Shown: in pieces, positions 50,601 to 59,380 of the stretch
How the letters are laid out: the number at the start of each line of letters is the position of its first letter
Position numbering within the stretch: the first letter of the stretch is position 1
NCBI GenBank assembly: GCA_035445085.1
Contig: DAOMQA010000003.1
Coordinates: forward strand, 44,368-108,367
Length of the DNA: 64,000 nucleotides
Source of the DNA: Candidatus Kapaibacterium sp.
Lineage (GTDB): Bacteria > Bacteroidota > Ignavibacteria > Kapaibacteriales > UBA2268
Reading direction: 5' to 3'
Program-made: the position numbers and the translations under genes
Notes under the pieces: generated by a model
What the model was told of the DNA's origin: nothing
Database searches by the model: none
The model's input: the letters and a program-made list of their open reading frames with translations, nothing else

Positions 50601-51947
50601 GTGGCTCCCGGAAATGGACCTCAATTGATAACTCCGTTCTCTCGCGAAGCTAATTGGGGACCAGACTCTTGTGTTAATTGGCAAAAGGCAGCACAATTAA
50701 AACTTAATATGCTGTTCCCACCATTTAGTGGTAGCTTTTTATGCCGAGATACTCTAAGATTTTCTATTAAATATACATTTACTGATTGTAATTGCATTAC
50801 TTGCGATACAACTATAAACTATACTATTGTTCGACGCGGTAAATGGTTACCTTGGGATATTGCTGCCGAAACTCATATTAGATTTAATCCAAGTGTAAAT
50901 AATAAATTACATCAAAAAGCACCTAACAAGACTTCATTAGAAATGAGCAATTTTAATAACGGAAAATTCTGGGTAATAAGTCCAGATGATCCAAGTAATG
51001 ATGTTGTTATTCGTGGCTTAGAATTTACTAGTAAGGAAGTCAAAATTACTGACTTGTCTAGTAATGATGCTAATGGAATAGTTGAAGGCGATGTTGCTTT
51101 TATTAGTACAGAGATTAAAGCGGGAGATACGAAGGATATTAATTTGAAATTTGATAACAAAGATGATAATCATAAATTTGTTGTTAATGTAAGATACCTC
51201 TACACTATGGAAGGTGTAGACGAAGCTATGTTCTCCGAACCAGTGTCATACTTAGCTTATGTACAAGGCGAGGGTGGTGATATTGTTGGTATAAACAATG
51301 AAGTTGATATGAAGATAAGAACGTATTCAATATATTTACACAATCAAAATGAATATAAAGAAAATATAAGTTCACTTGCGCTCAAAACAGTTGAAAGTCA
51401 GAAAATTATTGCTGTAGGTCCTCCAATGGATGACAATGAGGGCGTTAGATTGTTCCCATTAAAGCAAGAAGACGGTTCGTTTATAATTGCTTTAGATGGA
51501 AAGGGTGAGCCAGTTCTATATAACGATAAAGTTGTACCAATTTACTTAACAATCTCCGGAATAAACGATAAAGATCCGTCATTAGACTTTACAACTTTTG
51601 ATGATATGAACAATATCATTAGTAGCGGTACTGTGCAACTAAGCAATCCTATTGCAAAAGTACAAGACTCTGAAGATAGCCCTACAAGTACTATTTCTGT
51701 ATTTCCAAATCCTGCTAATAATTTGATTACTTTATCAATCAATGTGTTAGACGATATTAGAAATGCAACGATTACTATACGCGACCTTCGTGGAAAAGTT
51801 GTACAAGAAATTGCAAACAACAATGACCTGAACATAGGAACACATATTTATAATGTAAACATAAATAAAATACCTAATGGTATATATTTTATAGAACTGA
51901 ATAACGGTAATTTAACTATTAATGAAAAATTAATCATACAGAAGTAG
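47616..51947 (+). CDS. Large Cys-rich T9SS-secreted protein with about five DUF11-like repeats
   Basis: Repeated K...G....Y.(L/I).(V/Y).N.G...L....D.LP units; C-terminal VFPNPANN...IPNGIYFIEL. Confidence 0.85.
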   Translation: MIFSFCKDFNKYIWTLLIFIGTCYSLQSQSWVSEVSQAGFILKKVVSDTTVPSGQSFSYTIYYTIPAGATNVNIMDNIPPSLIFQGYSVNAACGTPTVSAPAVNAMGGLLSVSWASVPSGCSGSFTITVAFPNGVTCPGAMARNNACILATLNQKNYEFCTNYLVTTATASNPWHINKYPYGLAYIGGNCQWATGNDTITYQVCVYKNVGTTGQLNLVNAVVTDTLPTGAVLVSSTCGATQSGNVITWNVGNMSALPAYNSACCNFQIYYPLAQFPNGTNITNKATLTGYLGPANYCDSVSTNASTCVTKLTYQSATLSKWAYTNGQPGCAGQYLIYICNNGTTNLPVVALDSVPSSLTSISLGNVWPNTITASLSGNIVSINGSLATGQCGYVYVNFTIPSNATIGSTITNCVHLTSIQPSVSACNTFTVATPAPQACLWKEVCQAQTSYTPGSIFRYRLRVQNIGGQALNGVTLTDVLNSNLEYVGNPSYYIANTWSITNCKPNPTPSEQWAGVNLSYNSGTNTVSAVLPSIAAVCQNIFYSNCGMYGTGGVPYYYIEFDVKVRDTAALGNVPNQFSLSGGTLNTAVETSNTAMVLVTGVVGFNLQKDVKKPNDVAYTNTVTTTAGSLINYRLKLNSSGTAALTHVTFADLLPRNVSPSDQLILAPCGNRSSQFDVSYASVLGTPTPNPVFPYNNNTVLLANVNNLSPSGIPGNSFTVGCGTNGTWASGLGAGDKNMSIYFGPTAVGLTGAEYKFAAQISNTAQVNELACNTFAASAWTKHLIQSSILNYQRAGELESPKTCITIKKADEPTSCLKDAKYDIICKGVDPSTGAVYYSFSMNASSCTPSVLVLSSPDVSFVTSSYSLTSSPWTINGAFSHTSTNNPITIYYTLQCNGVVCRDSVKLDLPQCGDPNDPTDPKDCCKEFKKQFMEPKLTWNSGTGFVGLTSFMAVGPNPIKEFNATIVSAQLRRVCKNTASAWTRIFGDIVSGSVVVAPGNGPQLITPFSREANWGPDSCVNWQKAAQLKLNMLFPPFSGSFLCRDTLRFSIKYTFTDCNCITCDTTINYTIVRRGKWLPWDIAAETHIRFNPSVNNKLHQKAPNKTSLEMSNFNNGKFWVISPDDPSNDVVIRGLEFTSKEVKITDLSSNDANGIVEGDVAFISTEIKAGDTKDINLKFDNKDDNHKFVVNVRYLYTMEGVDEAMFSEPVSYLAYVQGEGGDIVGINNEVDMKIRTYSIYLHNQNEYKENISSLALKTVESQKIIAVGPPMDDNEGVRLFPLKQEDGSFIIALDGKGEPVLYNDKVVPIYLTISGINDKDPSLDFTTFDDMNNIISSGTVQLSNPIAKVQDSEDSPTSTISVFPNPANNLITLSINVLDDIRNATITIRDLRGKVVQEIANNNDLNIGTHIYNVNINKIPNGIYFIELNNGNLTINEKLIIQK

Positions 51948-51987
51948 GGCTTTAAATCCCCAAATTGTATTGCTTAGTTTGTATGGC

Positions 51988-52023
51988 AACCTCATTAGCT
52001 ATGTTTAGCTAATGAGGTTTTTT
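51988..52023 (+). terminator. Intrinsic terminator
   Basis: Perfect 14-bp stem aacctcattagcta / tagctaatgaggtt, 4-nt loop, T tail. Confidence 0.88.
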
Positions 52024-52099
52024 ATAATAAAGTAAAAAGTATTTTGTAGTCTCATCAAAAAGAAGTAAATTTGAAATTGTGTAATTTAAAATTAAATAT

Positions 52100-54292
52100 A
52101 TGCTAACTAAATATATAATTATAATATTAGTAGCTTTGAGTTGTTTGGTAACAACAGGGTTGATGGCGAATGATAGCATTAATGCTAAAAACTTAGAACA
52201 AACTATAGACAAGCAAATTGATAAAAAGGAATTTGATAAGAAATTTGTTAATAACGTTTTTGATCTGACAGGCTATTATAGAAATACAGATCCATTATAT
52301 GGGATAGAATATTTAGGCAAAATTTTAGCTTTACCCGGAGTGCAAAAAGTAGACTCAATTTTACCAACTTTATATATTAGATTAGCACAAATACATACTG
52401 AATTAGACCAATATTCCTTGGCTACTAAATATATGGCAAAAGCAACAGTTGTTTTGGAGCAGAACAAGAATGATGGCGCCTATTATTGGTCATTAGTAGG
52501 GCTTGCAAATATCTTGTTTAGTAATCATAGCTACATAAGGGCTATAGAATACTACCATAAAGCTGAAGTTGGTTTTCAACAAATTCATAATATTTTACAA
52601 AAGGATAGACTGCATGCAATAGGTGTGGTTAATGAAAATATAGCTCTTTCTTACTCCAATATGTTCCAAAATGATTCTGCTACTAAGTATTATCTTAGAG
52701 CAATGCAATACAAAGAAAAATCAGGAATTAGAATTGGTTTAAAAATAATGTATTATAATTATGGGACATATTTTTTACAAGCTAATCAACTTGACAGTGC
52801 ATTTAAATATTTAAGTAAAAGTTTTCATATTATACCATTTTATAATGATGAACTTGGTAGCAGTCTGGAATATGAAAGATTTCATGTGAAATGTATGGCT
52901 ACTTTATCTGCTTATTTTGCGAAGGTAAACGCAAAGGATTCTTCTGATTTCTATTTAAAAAGTACGTTAGAGTTATTAAGCCAAAAAATTCCCATATCTA
53001 CCCAAATTGCCTTATTAGATCAAATAGCAGAGTTGCAACTGCAACAAGGAAATAAGAATGCTGCGCTAAAGCTCGCTCAAAAAGCAGCTGTGATGATTAA
53101 AGATAATTCAAATTTTTCTAATATACAAGAAAATACAAAATTACTATCAGATATTTATTTTAGCTTGGGCGACAATGTAAATTCCTTAAAATATAGATTT
53201 ATATACGATAACATTGCCGACTCTTTACAAAAATTGTCCGTTAACCGAAGTTTAGATTTAGAAATTGTATCGCAAAGACTTGAAAGAAAGATTAGTGAAG
53301 TAAGAAAAATAAATGAGAATAAATCCGAAAAGCTAAATTTCCTCCTAATGTTTGTAATTATATTAGTATGTATTGTGATAATTGTTGCATTTTTTGTATA
53401 TTTTTTCCATAAACTCAATGTAGCAAATACACAGTTGAACGATGAGCTAAAAGCTAACAATGAGGAAATTAGTAAAGTAAACCGTGCAATGGCAGAATCA
53501 CAGGCAGAAATTCAGCAATATAATTATGAATTGCTATTAATAAACGAAGAGTTAATTACTACTAATAAGGAATTGGAAGAAACAAATAACACGAAGAATA
53601 AATTATTTTCAATTTTGGCTCATGACTTAAAAAATGCTGTTGGTGGAGTTCTAAATTTATCTAAAGATTTGAATGATAACTATCATATTTTTAATGATGA
53701 AGATAAAATTGAGGCAATTAATGCAATTAATCAATCGTTTCAGGACATATTTAATTTGCTAAGTAATTTACTTACTTGGAGCTCCGCTGTAAGGAATAAT
53801 ATTAATCTTAATTTAGAAACTAATAATTTGTACCAGGTAGCACAAAATAATGTAAATCTTTATTATAGTATTGCAAAAAACAAACAAATAAGTTTTATTA
53901 ATGATATTGATAAAAATGAAATCTTTAATTTTGATGCAACATTGATGGATACCGTTATCAGGAATATTCTTAATAATTCTATTAAATTTTCTTCAGCTGG
54001 GAAAAGAATTTATTTAAAGTCTCAGAGAGATAGCGATTTTATACTAATAACTATTAGAGACGAAGGTGTTGGGATGAGTAAAGAAAAAGCAAATGGTATT
54101 TTTACTTCTAAATATAATAAATCAACATTAGGCACTAACAAAGAAAAAGGTACTGGCTTAGGATTAATGATTTGTTATGAGTTTGTAAGATTACATTCTG
54201 GGCATATTTGGTTTGAAAGTGAAATAAACCAAGGTACATACTGCTTTATACAGCTTCCTCTAACCAAAACATCGATTACAGAAGAAAACTAA
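52100..54292 (+). CDS. Sensor histidine kinase with TPR-like extracytoplasmic domain
   Basis: Signal peptide, helical repeats, TM helix, coiled coil, SILAHDLKN, RNILNNSIKFS, DEGVG, GTGLGL. Confidence 0.9.
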   Translation: MLTKYIIIILVALSCLVTTGLMANDSINAKNLEQTIDKQIDKKEFDKKFVNNVFDLTGYYRNTDPLYGIEYLGKILALPGVQKVDSILPTLYIRLAQIHTELDQYSLATKYMAKATVVLEQNKNDGAYYWSLVGLANILFSNHSYIRAIEYYHKAEVGFQQIHNILQKDRLHAIGVVNENIALSYSNMFQNDSATKYYLRAMQYKEKSGIRIGLKIMYYNYGTYFLQANQLDSAFKYLSKSFHIIPFYNDELGSSLEYERFHVKCMATLSAYFAKVNAKDSSDFYLKSTLELLSQKIPISTQIALLDQIAELQLQQGNKNAALKLAQKAAVMIKDNSNFSNIQENTKLLSDIYFSLGDNVNSLKYRFIYDNIADSLQKLSVNRSLDLEIVSQRLERKISEVRKINENKSEKLNFLLMFVIILVCIVIIVAFFVYFFHKLNVANTQLNDELKANNEEISKVNRAMAESQAEIQQYNYELLLINEELITTNKELEETNNTKNKLFSILAHDLKNAVGGVLNLSKDLNDNYHIFNDEDKIEAINAINQSFQDIFNLLSNLLTWSSAVRNNINLNLETNNLYQVAQNNVNLYYSIAKNKQISFINDIDKNEIFNFDATLMDTVIRNILNNSIKFSSAGKRIYLKSQRDSDFILITIRDEGVGMSKEKANGIFTSKYNKSTLGTNKEKGTGLGLMICYEFVRLHSGHIWFESEINQGTYCFIQLPLTKTSITEEN

Positions 54293-54381
54293 GCTGCTAC
54301 ATAATAAGTCAATCAAAATGCCGCATATATAAGAGTTCTTTCATACGAAATTTGGGGTGTTTAAGGTAAAAAAAAGTTAGC

Positions 54382-55110
54382 TTATTCTGTTAGCTTCTTA
54401 ATACCTTCAATTACTAAGTGAGGTCTATATATTATTGGAGAATTCTTACTAAGATGCGGAGAAAATATATCTGCTAACCCGCCCGTTGTAAAAATTGCTT
54501 TATTAAGCTCTCCGTCATATAAGGTTGAACTTATTTCTAACGCTTTCTCTATAGCGCCAATTGTAGATAAATATATTCCACTATTGACTGCTGCATAAGT
54601 ATCATTACCAAAAGAGCTACCTTGAATTGATAATTTATCAAACTTTAGCTTTGTTGAAATATTACCCAAAGATATTAACTGATTTTCTGCCCCTAACATT
54701 ATTGAGCCACCGATAAACTTACTATTTAGCACATAATTAATTGTAGTTGCAGAACCAAAATCAATAGTTATGAATGAGTTAATATTTTTGTTCCAAGCAC
54801 CAATCAAACCAAGTACTCTGTCTGTACCTGCACCACTTACAAAGTCTAAATTTATCATTTTTTGTTTACTTAGATATATATCAACCTTATTAAACGGAAT
54901 TTCTAATTTGCTAAGTAGTTTTAAAAGAATTAGTTCAGACTTATAATTAACTGATGAGTACACAATCCTTTTGTTTAATGCAAAACTTTGAATATAATGT
55001 TCAACTCGCTTTTCAAAACCCTCGCTATATTCTATAGCGAAATAAGTCTCATTGTCGCAGAATTTAATACGGCTATTGCCTATATCGGCAATTAATAGGT
55101 CATAATTCAT
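54382..55110 (-). CDS. coaX: Type III pantothenate kinase
   Basis: IADIGNSRIK, GAGTDR, IDFGSATT, TGG; likely ATG at 55110. Confidence 0.9.
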   Translation of the reverse strand: MNYDLLIADIGNSRIKFCDNETYFAIEYSEGFEKRVEHYIQSFALNKRIVYSSVNYKSELILLKLLSKLEIPFNKVDIYLSKQKMINLDFVSGAGTDRVLGLIGAWNKNINSFITIDFGSATTINYVLNSKFIGGSIMLGAENQLISLGNISTKLKFDKLSIQGSSFGNDTYAAVNSGIYLSTIGAIEKALEISSTLYDGELNKAIFTTGGLADIFSPHLSKNSPIIYRPHLVIEGIKKLTE

Positions 55111-55825
55111 AAATAATTGACTCCCCATCATCTATAATTAACTCTTCACTTTCGTTTTGTACAACTAATCTACCGTCGTCTAAATGCTTGATTACTTTCA
55201 TTTGTTTCTTTTGAGAGGTGAGTAGTACCGATTTATTAACGATATTAATTTCTTTTTGCCAATCTTGTATCAATAAGGCTTCGTTTAAGCTATACATTCT
55301 TTCAAAAGACAGACCCAAGCCATCAATAAAATCGCTCACAGAAATTTTAAGACCCAATTTACTTAGAGAGCTTGCCTTAGCTTGCAATTCTAATGGGAAG
55401 TTAGATTGATTAATGTTAGCTCCAATTCCTATAATAGTGTATTTGGGTAATGTGGCGGCAAACGTATGTTCTATTAATATACCAGAAACCTTTTTGTAAA
55501 TACCATTATCTAAGCAATAAATATCATTAGGGTACTTTAGTTTAAAAGTAATATCTGCCGCAAATTTTCTAAAGTTATATAATGTGAATAGAGATGAAGC
55601 AGCCAAATAAGATATATTATTGGCAAATGTCTTTAGTTTAGTGTGATTTACAGCATAAGAGAAATACATATTTTTGCCTTTTTCGCCAAGCCAACTTCTT
55701 TCACGCCTACCTCTACCCGAAATTTGTTCTTCTGCTGTTACAATAATTTCATCTTCATTTTCAATTAATGAACGAGCCGTATCATTTGTTGAGTGTAATT
55801 GTTCAAAGTAAAATGTTTTAATCAT
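55100..55825 (-). CDS. birA: Biotin-[acetyl-CoA carboxylase] ligase (monofunctional, no HTH)
   Basis: STND, QISGRGR, KYPNDI, KVSGILIE, GIGAN. Confidence 0.92.
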   Translation of the reverse strand: MIKTFYFEQLHSTNDTARSLIENEDEIIVTAEEQISGRGRRERSWLGEKGKNMYFSYAVNHTKLKTFANNISYLAASSLFTLYNFRKFAADITFKLKYPNDIYCLDNGIYKKVSGILIEHTFAATLPKYTIIGIGANINQSNFPLELQAKASSLSKLGLKISVSDFIDGLGLSFERMYSLNEALLIQDWQKEINIVNKSVLLTSQKKQMKVIKHLDDGRLVVQNESEELIIDDGESIIYEL

Positions 55826-56463
55826 TTCTTACCTGCTGTGTTTATAATCGTATTTGATATATCAACTATCATATCATCAACTATCTTGCTCAGTACTAAG
55901 CTAGTATTCTCTGCTACGTTTTCTACTTTATTGTTTTTTCTTATAGCTCTATTTTGATAAGTTTTATTGAATAGAAATATATTATCCTTGCCCTCAAAGT
56001 TTCTTTTAATTAAGCTGATAGTAATTTGGAGGGTTACTGAGTTTATTTCATCGCTATTGCTCTTGCTGTCAATATCTAAGTCATCAATTGAAATATCAAG
56101 TATATAATCGGGTAAAATAGAGCCAATTACCTTCGTTACTCCTTGTTTAAATAGCCCACTTTCCTGAATCCTTTGAGTTATAAAGTCATTTGCAATAAGA
56201 TCAAAGTCTTCAGCCCATCTATGATAAAAATATTTTTGTATACTTGCATCGTCCCAATTTATAATTAACTGACTGCCATAAATGATTGAATTAGTACTAA
56301 TATTTCTTACATAAAGTGATGCGTCTACTTTATAAATATCTAAGCTTTTATCTTTGATTTGTGATAAACTATAATACTTAATATCGGGGTATTCATTTTT
56401 TAAATTTATACATGAGTTTAAGGAAAAAATACTAATTATAAAAAAAATAAGCGTTAATTTCAT
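55822..56463 (-). CDS. ABC-type transport auxiliary (PqiC-like) lipoprotein
   Basis: Lipobox FSLNSC, KYYSL, YFYHRWAED. Confidence 0.7.
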   Translation of the reverse strand: MKLTLIFFIISIFSLNSCINLKNEYPDIKYYSLSQIKDKSLDIYKVDASLYVRNISTNSIIYGSQLIINWDDASIQKYFYHRWAEDFDLIANDFITQRIQESGLFKQGVTKVIGSILPDYILDISIDDLDIDSKSNSDEINSVTLQITISLIKRNFEGKDNIFLFNKTYQNRAIRKNNKVENVAENTSLVLSKIVDDMIVDISNTIINTAGKK

Positions 56464-56532
56464 AGTAAATATTATATTTCGTTTTTAAACTATGTAAAAT
56501 ATTAAACTTTTAATAAATAAAAAAACGAATAA

Positions 56533-57258
56533 ATGATATACTTTATTTCTGATGTTCATTTAGGCTTCTACGAAAAGGAACTAGATTTGCCACGAGAACT
56601 AATTTTTTTAAGATTTTTAGATACTATTAAAAAAGATGCTGAACGAATATTCTTAGTTGGAGATATTTTCGATTATTGGTTCGATTACAAAACTGTAATA
56701 CCGAAGCAATTTTTTAGAGTACTAAATAAATTATGGGAGCTTAGGCAAAGCGGTATTAAAATTGACTATATTATTGGTAACCATGATTTTGGGCATTTGA
56801 GTTTCTTTGAAGAAGAGTTAGATATACCCTTATATAAGGGGGATATTAGTTGTGAGATTAAAGATAAAAAGTTCTATATTTCTCATGGTGATGGCAAAAA
56901 TCTTAAGGACAAAGGCTACCTGTTATTAAAGAAAATTACTAGAAATCCTTTAATATTAAAGCTATATCTAATGCTACACCCTAATTTTGGTATTTGGCTT
57001 GCTTCTGGCTCTTCAAAAAAAAGTAGAAGCTATACGGATAATCGGGAGCACTTAGAGGATGAGCCTATGAAAGAGTTCGCTTACAGAATGATTGATGACG
57101 GTTATGATTTTGTTATAATGGGGCATCGGCATAAAAGCGAATTTACAAAATATAAAGACTCATACTATATAAACTTAGGTGAGTGGTTCAAAGAGCCAAT
57201 GTTTGCACAATTTGATGGAATTAATATGAGTTTAAGGAAAGTTTCGGAATTAGTATGA
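56533..57258 (+). CDS. lpxH: UDP-2,3-diacylglucosamine diphosphatase
   Basis: ISDVHLG, GDIFDYW, GNHDF, HGDG, GHRH, NLGEW. Confidence 0.85.
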   Translation: MIYFISDVHLGFYEKELDLPRELIFLRFLDTIKKDAERIFLVGDIFDYWFDYKTVIPKQFFRVLNKLWELRQSGIKIDYIIGNHDFGHLSFFEEELDIPLYKGDISCEIKDKKFYISHGDGKNLKDKGYLLLKKITRNPLILKLYLMLHPNFGIWLASGSSKKSRSYTDNREHLEDEPMKEFAYRMIDDGYDFVIMGHRHKSEFTKYKDSYYINLGEWFKEPMFAQFDGINMSLRKVSELV

Positions 57259-59300
57259 TTGTAGAAGGTAACTATCATTTTGGGCAAGACGAAATTATTA
57301 ATCGTGTAGATGAATTAATAAGAAATCTCAAAAAGGGAAAGGGTGGATTATTATTTGTAGAAGGAGATACTGGCTCTGGAAAAACTAATTTTTTAAGTGC
57401 TATTAAACATTATATGGAGCGTATGCACCGCGATATTAAGGTTGTGAGAGCCGAAGCTCAAGTGCCAGTTGCTAACTTTAAGGTGGCCAGTGTGCAACCG
57501 TGCCAGCCATTTATCAATATTGTTGAAGAATTAGAAAAATCAAATAGTAGTGCTAAAACTAAATTAGCTCAAAATATTGGGCTAACTGTGCTTGCCTCTT
57601 TACCAATTGTGGATACGTTTGCTTACGCATATAAAGAAATAAACCGTGATATTAAACAATTTCATCAAGAAGAAAGGAATCATAAGTCTACAAATTCAAA
57701 CTCAATTTTCGACTTCTTCTTAGCTAAGATTAATAACTTACGCAAGGATAAAAAAATATTAATTTTATTAGATAATATGCATTGGAGCGACGCACAGAGT
57801 GTAGATTTTTTGAATGGGTTTATTAATCAAAATTTCAATGCTCCTTTTGTAATAATATGTGCTTATCGTGAATTTATCTTAGATACTCAAGGACTACCAT
57901 TAGTAACTATCATTAATAATGAGTTGCTAAAAGATAAAGTTGAGATTCAACACCTGCGTTTATTAAACCTTGATAATATTAGAGAATTATCTAAAATATA
58001 CTTTACTAACTATAAAAACAATCAAGAGTTTGAAGAATGGATTTATGAGAAAAGCGATGGCAATCCGGGTATGGTATGCGAATATCTACGTTATTTTAGT
58101 AAATATTCCCCGTTTAATGATAATGGCGAACTTGCAATGAATTTCAAAGACAACGAATTCTTGCCAAGTACTTGGAGTGCAGTATTTTCTCAACAAATAG
58201 AGATATTAAGCGAAGAAGAAAAACATATTCTTACGATTTGTGCCGCTGAAGGAGTAGAATTTACGGCTAATATAGTAGCACAATTATTATCTTGCGATGT
58301 CTTAGAAACTATAAAGAAGCTAAGAGCAATTCAGAATAAAACGGGTTTTATTAAAAGCATTGGTCCACAGCTTAGATATGGGATAAAAACTACAACGTAT
58401 AAATTTTCGCAAGTATTTTATCATACATTTTTTGAAAACCTCTTAGAATACGAAGAAACAATTGAATTACATAGTAGAATAAGCGAAATACTCAAATTAC
58501 AATTCATTAATGCTGAAGACGAAAGCATTAAGAACCAAATAGCACCATATTTGGCGGCACACTCTATCGAAAGTGGCGACCCTGATACAGCAAGCGAAGT
58601 GTTGTATTTTACTGCACAAAATAATAGAGAAATTGGAGGCGACGGTTTAATAGATAATTTGCAAGATGTTGCTAATATGATTGCACCAAATAATTTAGAG
58701 CTATCACAATCATTCGATAATTTAAAATCCTTAATTCACAAACATCATTCTTCCGATGATACAGAGCCTAGCAGTAATTATGCAAATGAGATAAACTTAG
58801 ACTTTAATTCAATTAAAAAAATGTTAATTAACGATCTGCTGAATGACAATGCAACAACGGTAGCTAATAAAATAAATATGTATATAAATGAATACGGCGA
58901 TTATTTTAGTGACGATGAGAAAGTTCAGTTTTATTTAGTATTAGCAAAATCAAATATTGATAGCGGGCAATATTTGTCTTCAAAAGAAGCTATAGATAAG
59001 GCTACCCTATTAATAAATAATAATATTATTACTAAAGATACGACAGCTCTTTATAATAATACCTTGGCTATCTACTTTTATAGTGTAAATGATATAGAAA
59101 ATGCTATGAGATGTTTAGAAAAAAATGCCTTAATATCACAAGATCTTGCTACAGACGCAAAGATTATGACAAGTGTCTTAATATCTCGAATTTATAAAGA
59201 GTCTTCTAATGATAATTATAAAAAATATAAAGATGTTGCCATTGAATTAAGTAAAGAATTAAATTATGAACAATTAAAAGATGAATTGTTAAAGTTATAA
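57255..59300 (+). CDS. STAND/AAA_16-like ATPase with helical C-terminus
   Basis: Walker A GDTGSGKT, Walker B LLDNMHWSD, GNP motif; ATGA overlap with lpxH. Confidence 0.8.
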   Translation: MIVEGNYHFGQDEIINRVDELIRNLKKGKGGLLFVEGDTGSGKTNFLSAIKHYMERMHRDIKVVRAEAQVPVANFKVASVQPCQPFINIVEELEKSNSSAKTKLAQNIGLTVLASLPIVDTFAYAYKEINRDIKQFHQEERNHKSTNSNSIFDFFLAKINNLRKDKKILILLDNMHWSDAQSVDFLNGFINQNFNAPFVIICAYREFILDTQGLPLVTIINNELLKDKVEIQHLRLLNLDNIRELSKIYFTNYKNNQEFEEWIYEKSDGNPGMVCEYLRYFSKYSPFNDNGELAMNFKDNEFLPSTWSAVFSQQIEILSEEEKHILTICAAEGVEFTANIVAQLLSCDVLETIKKLRAIQNKTGFIKSIGPQLRYGIKTTTYKFSQVFYHTFFENLLEYEETIELHSRISEILKLQFINAEDESIKNQIAPYLAAHSIESGDPDTASEVLYFTAQNNREIGGDGLIDNLQDVANMIAPNNLELSQSFDNLKSLIHKHHSSDDTEPSSNYANEINLDFNSIKKMLINDLLNDNATTVANKINMYINEYGDYFSDDEKVQFYLVLAKSNIDSGQYLSSKEAIDKATLLINNNIITKDTTALYNNTLAIYFYSVNDIENAMRCLEKNALISQDLATDAKIMTSVLISRIYKESSNDNYKKYKDVAIELSKELNYEQLKDELLKL

Positions 59301-59380
59301 AAAAAAAGTACTTGCTATTCTTATTCTTTTTTCTTACATTTAATTGTTCTTAAAGTGAATTTTAATGAGATTATTGTTTA

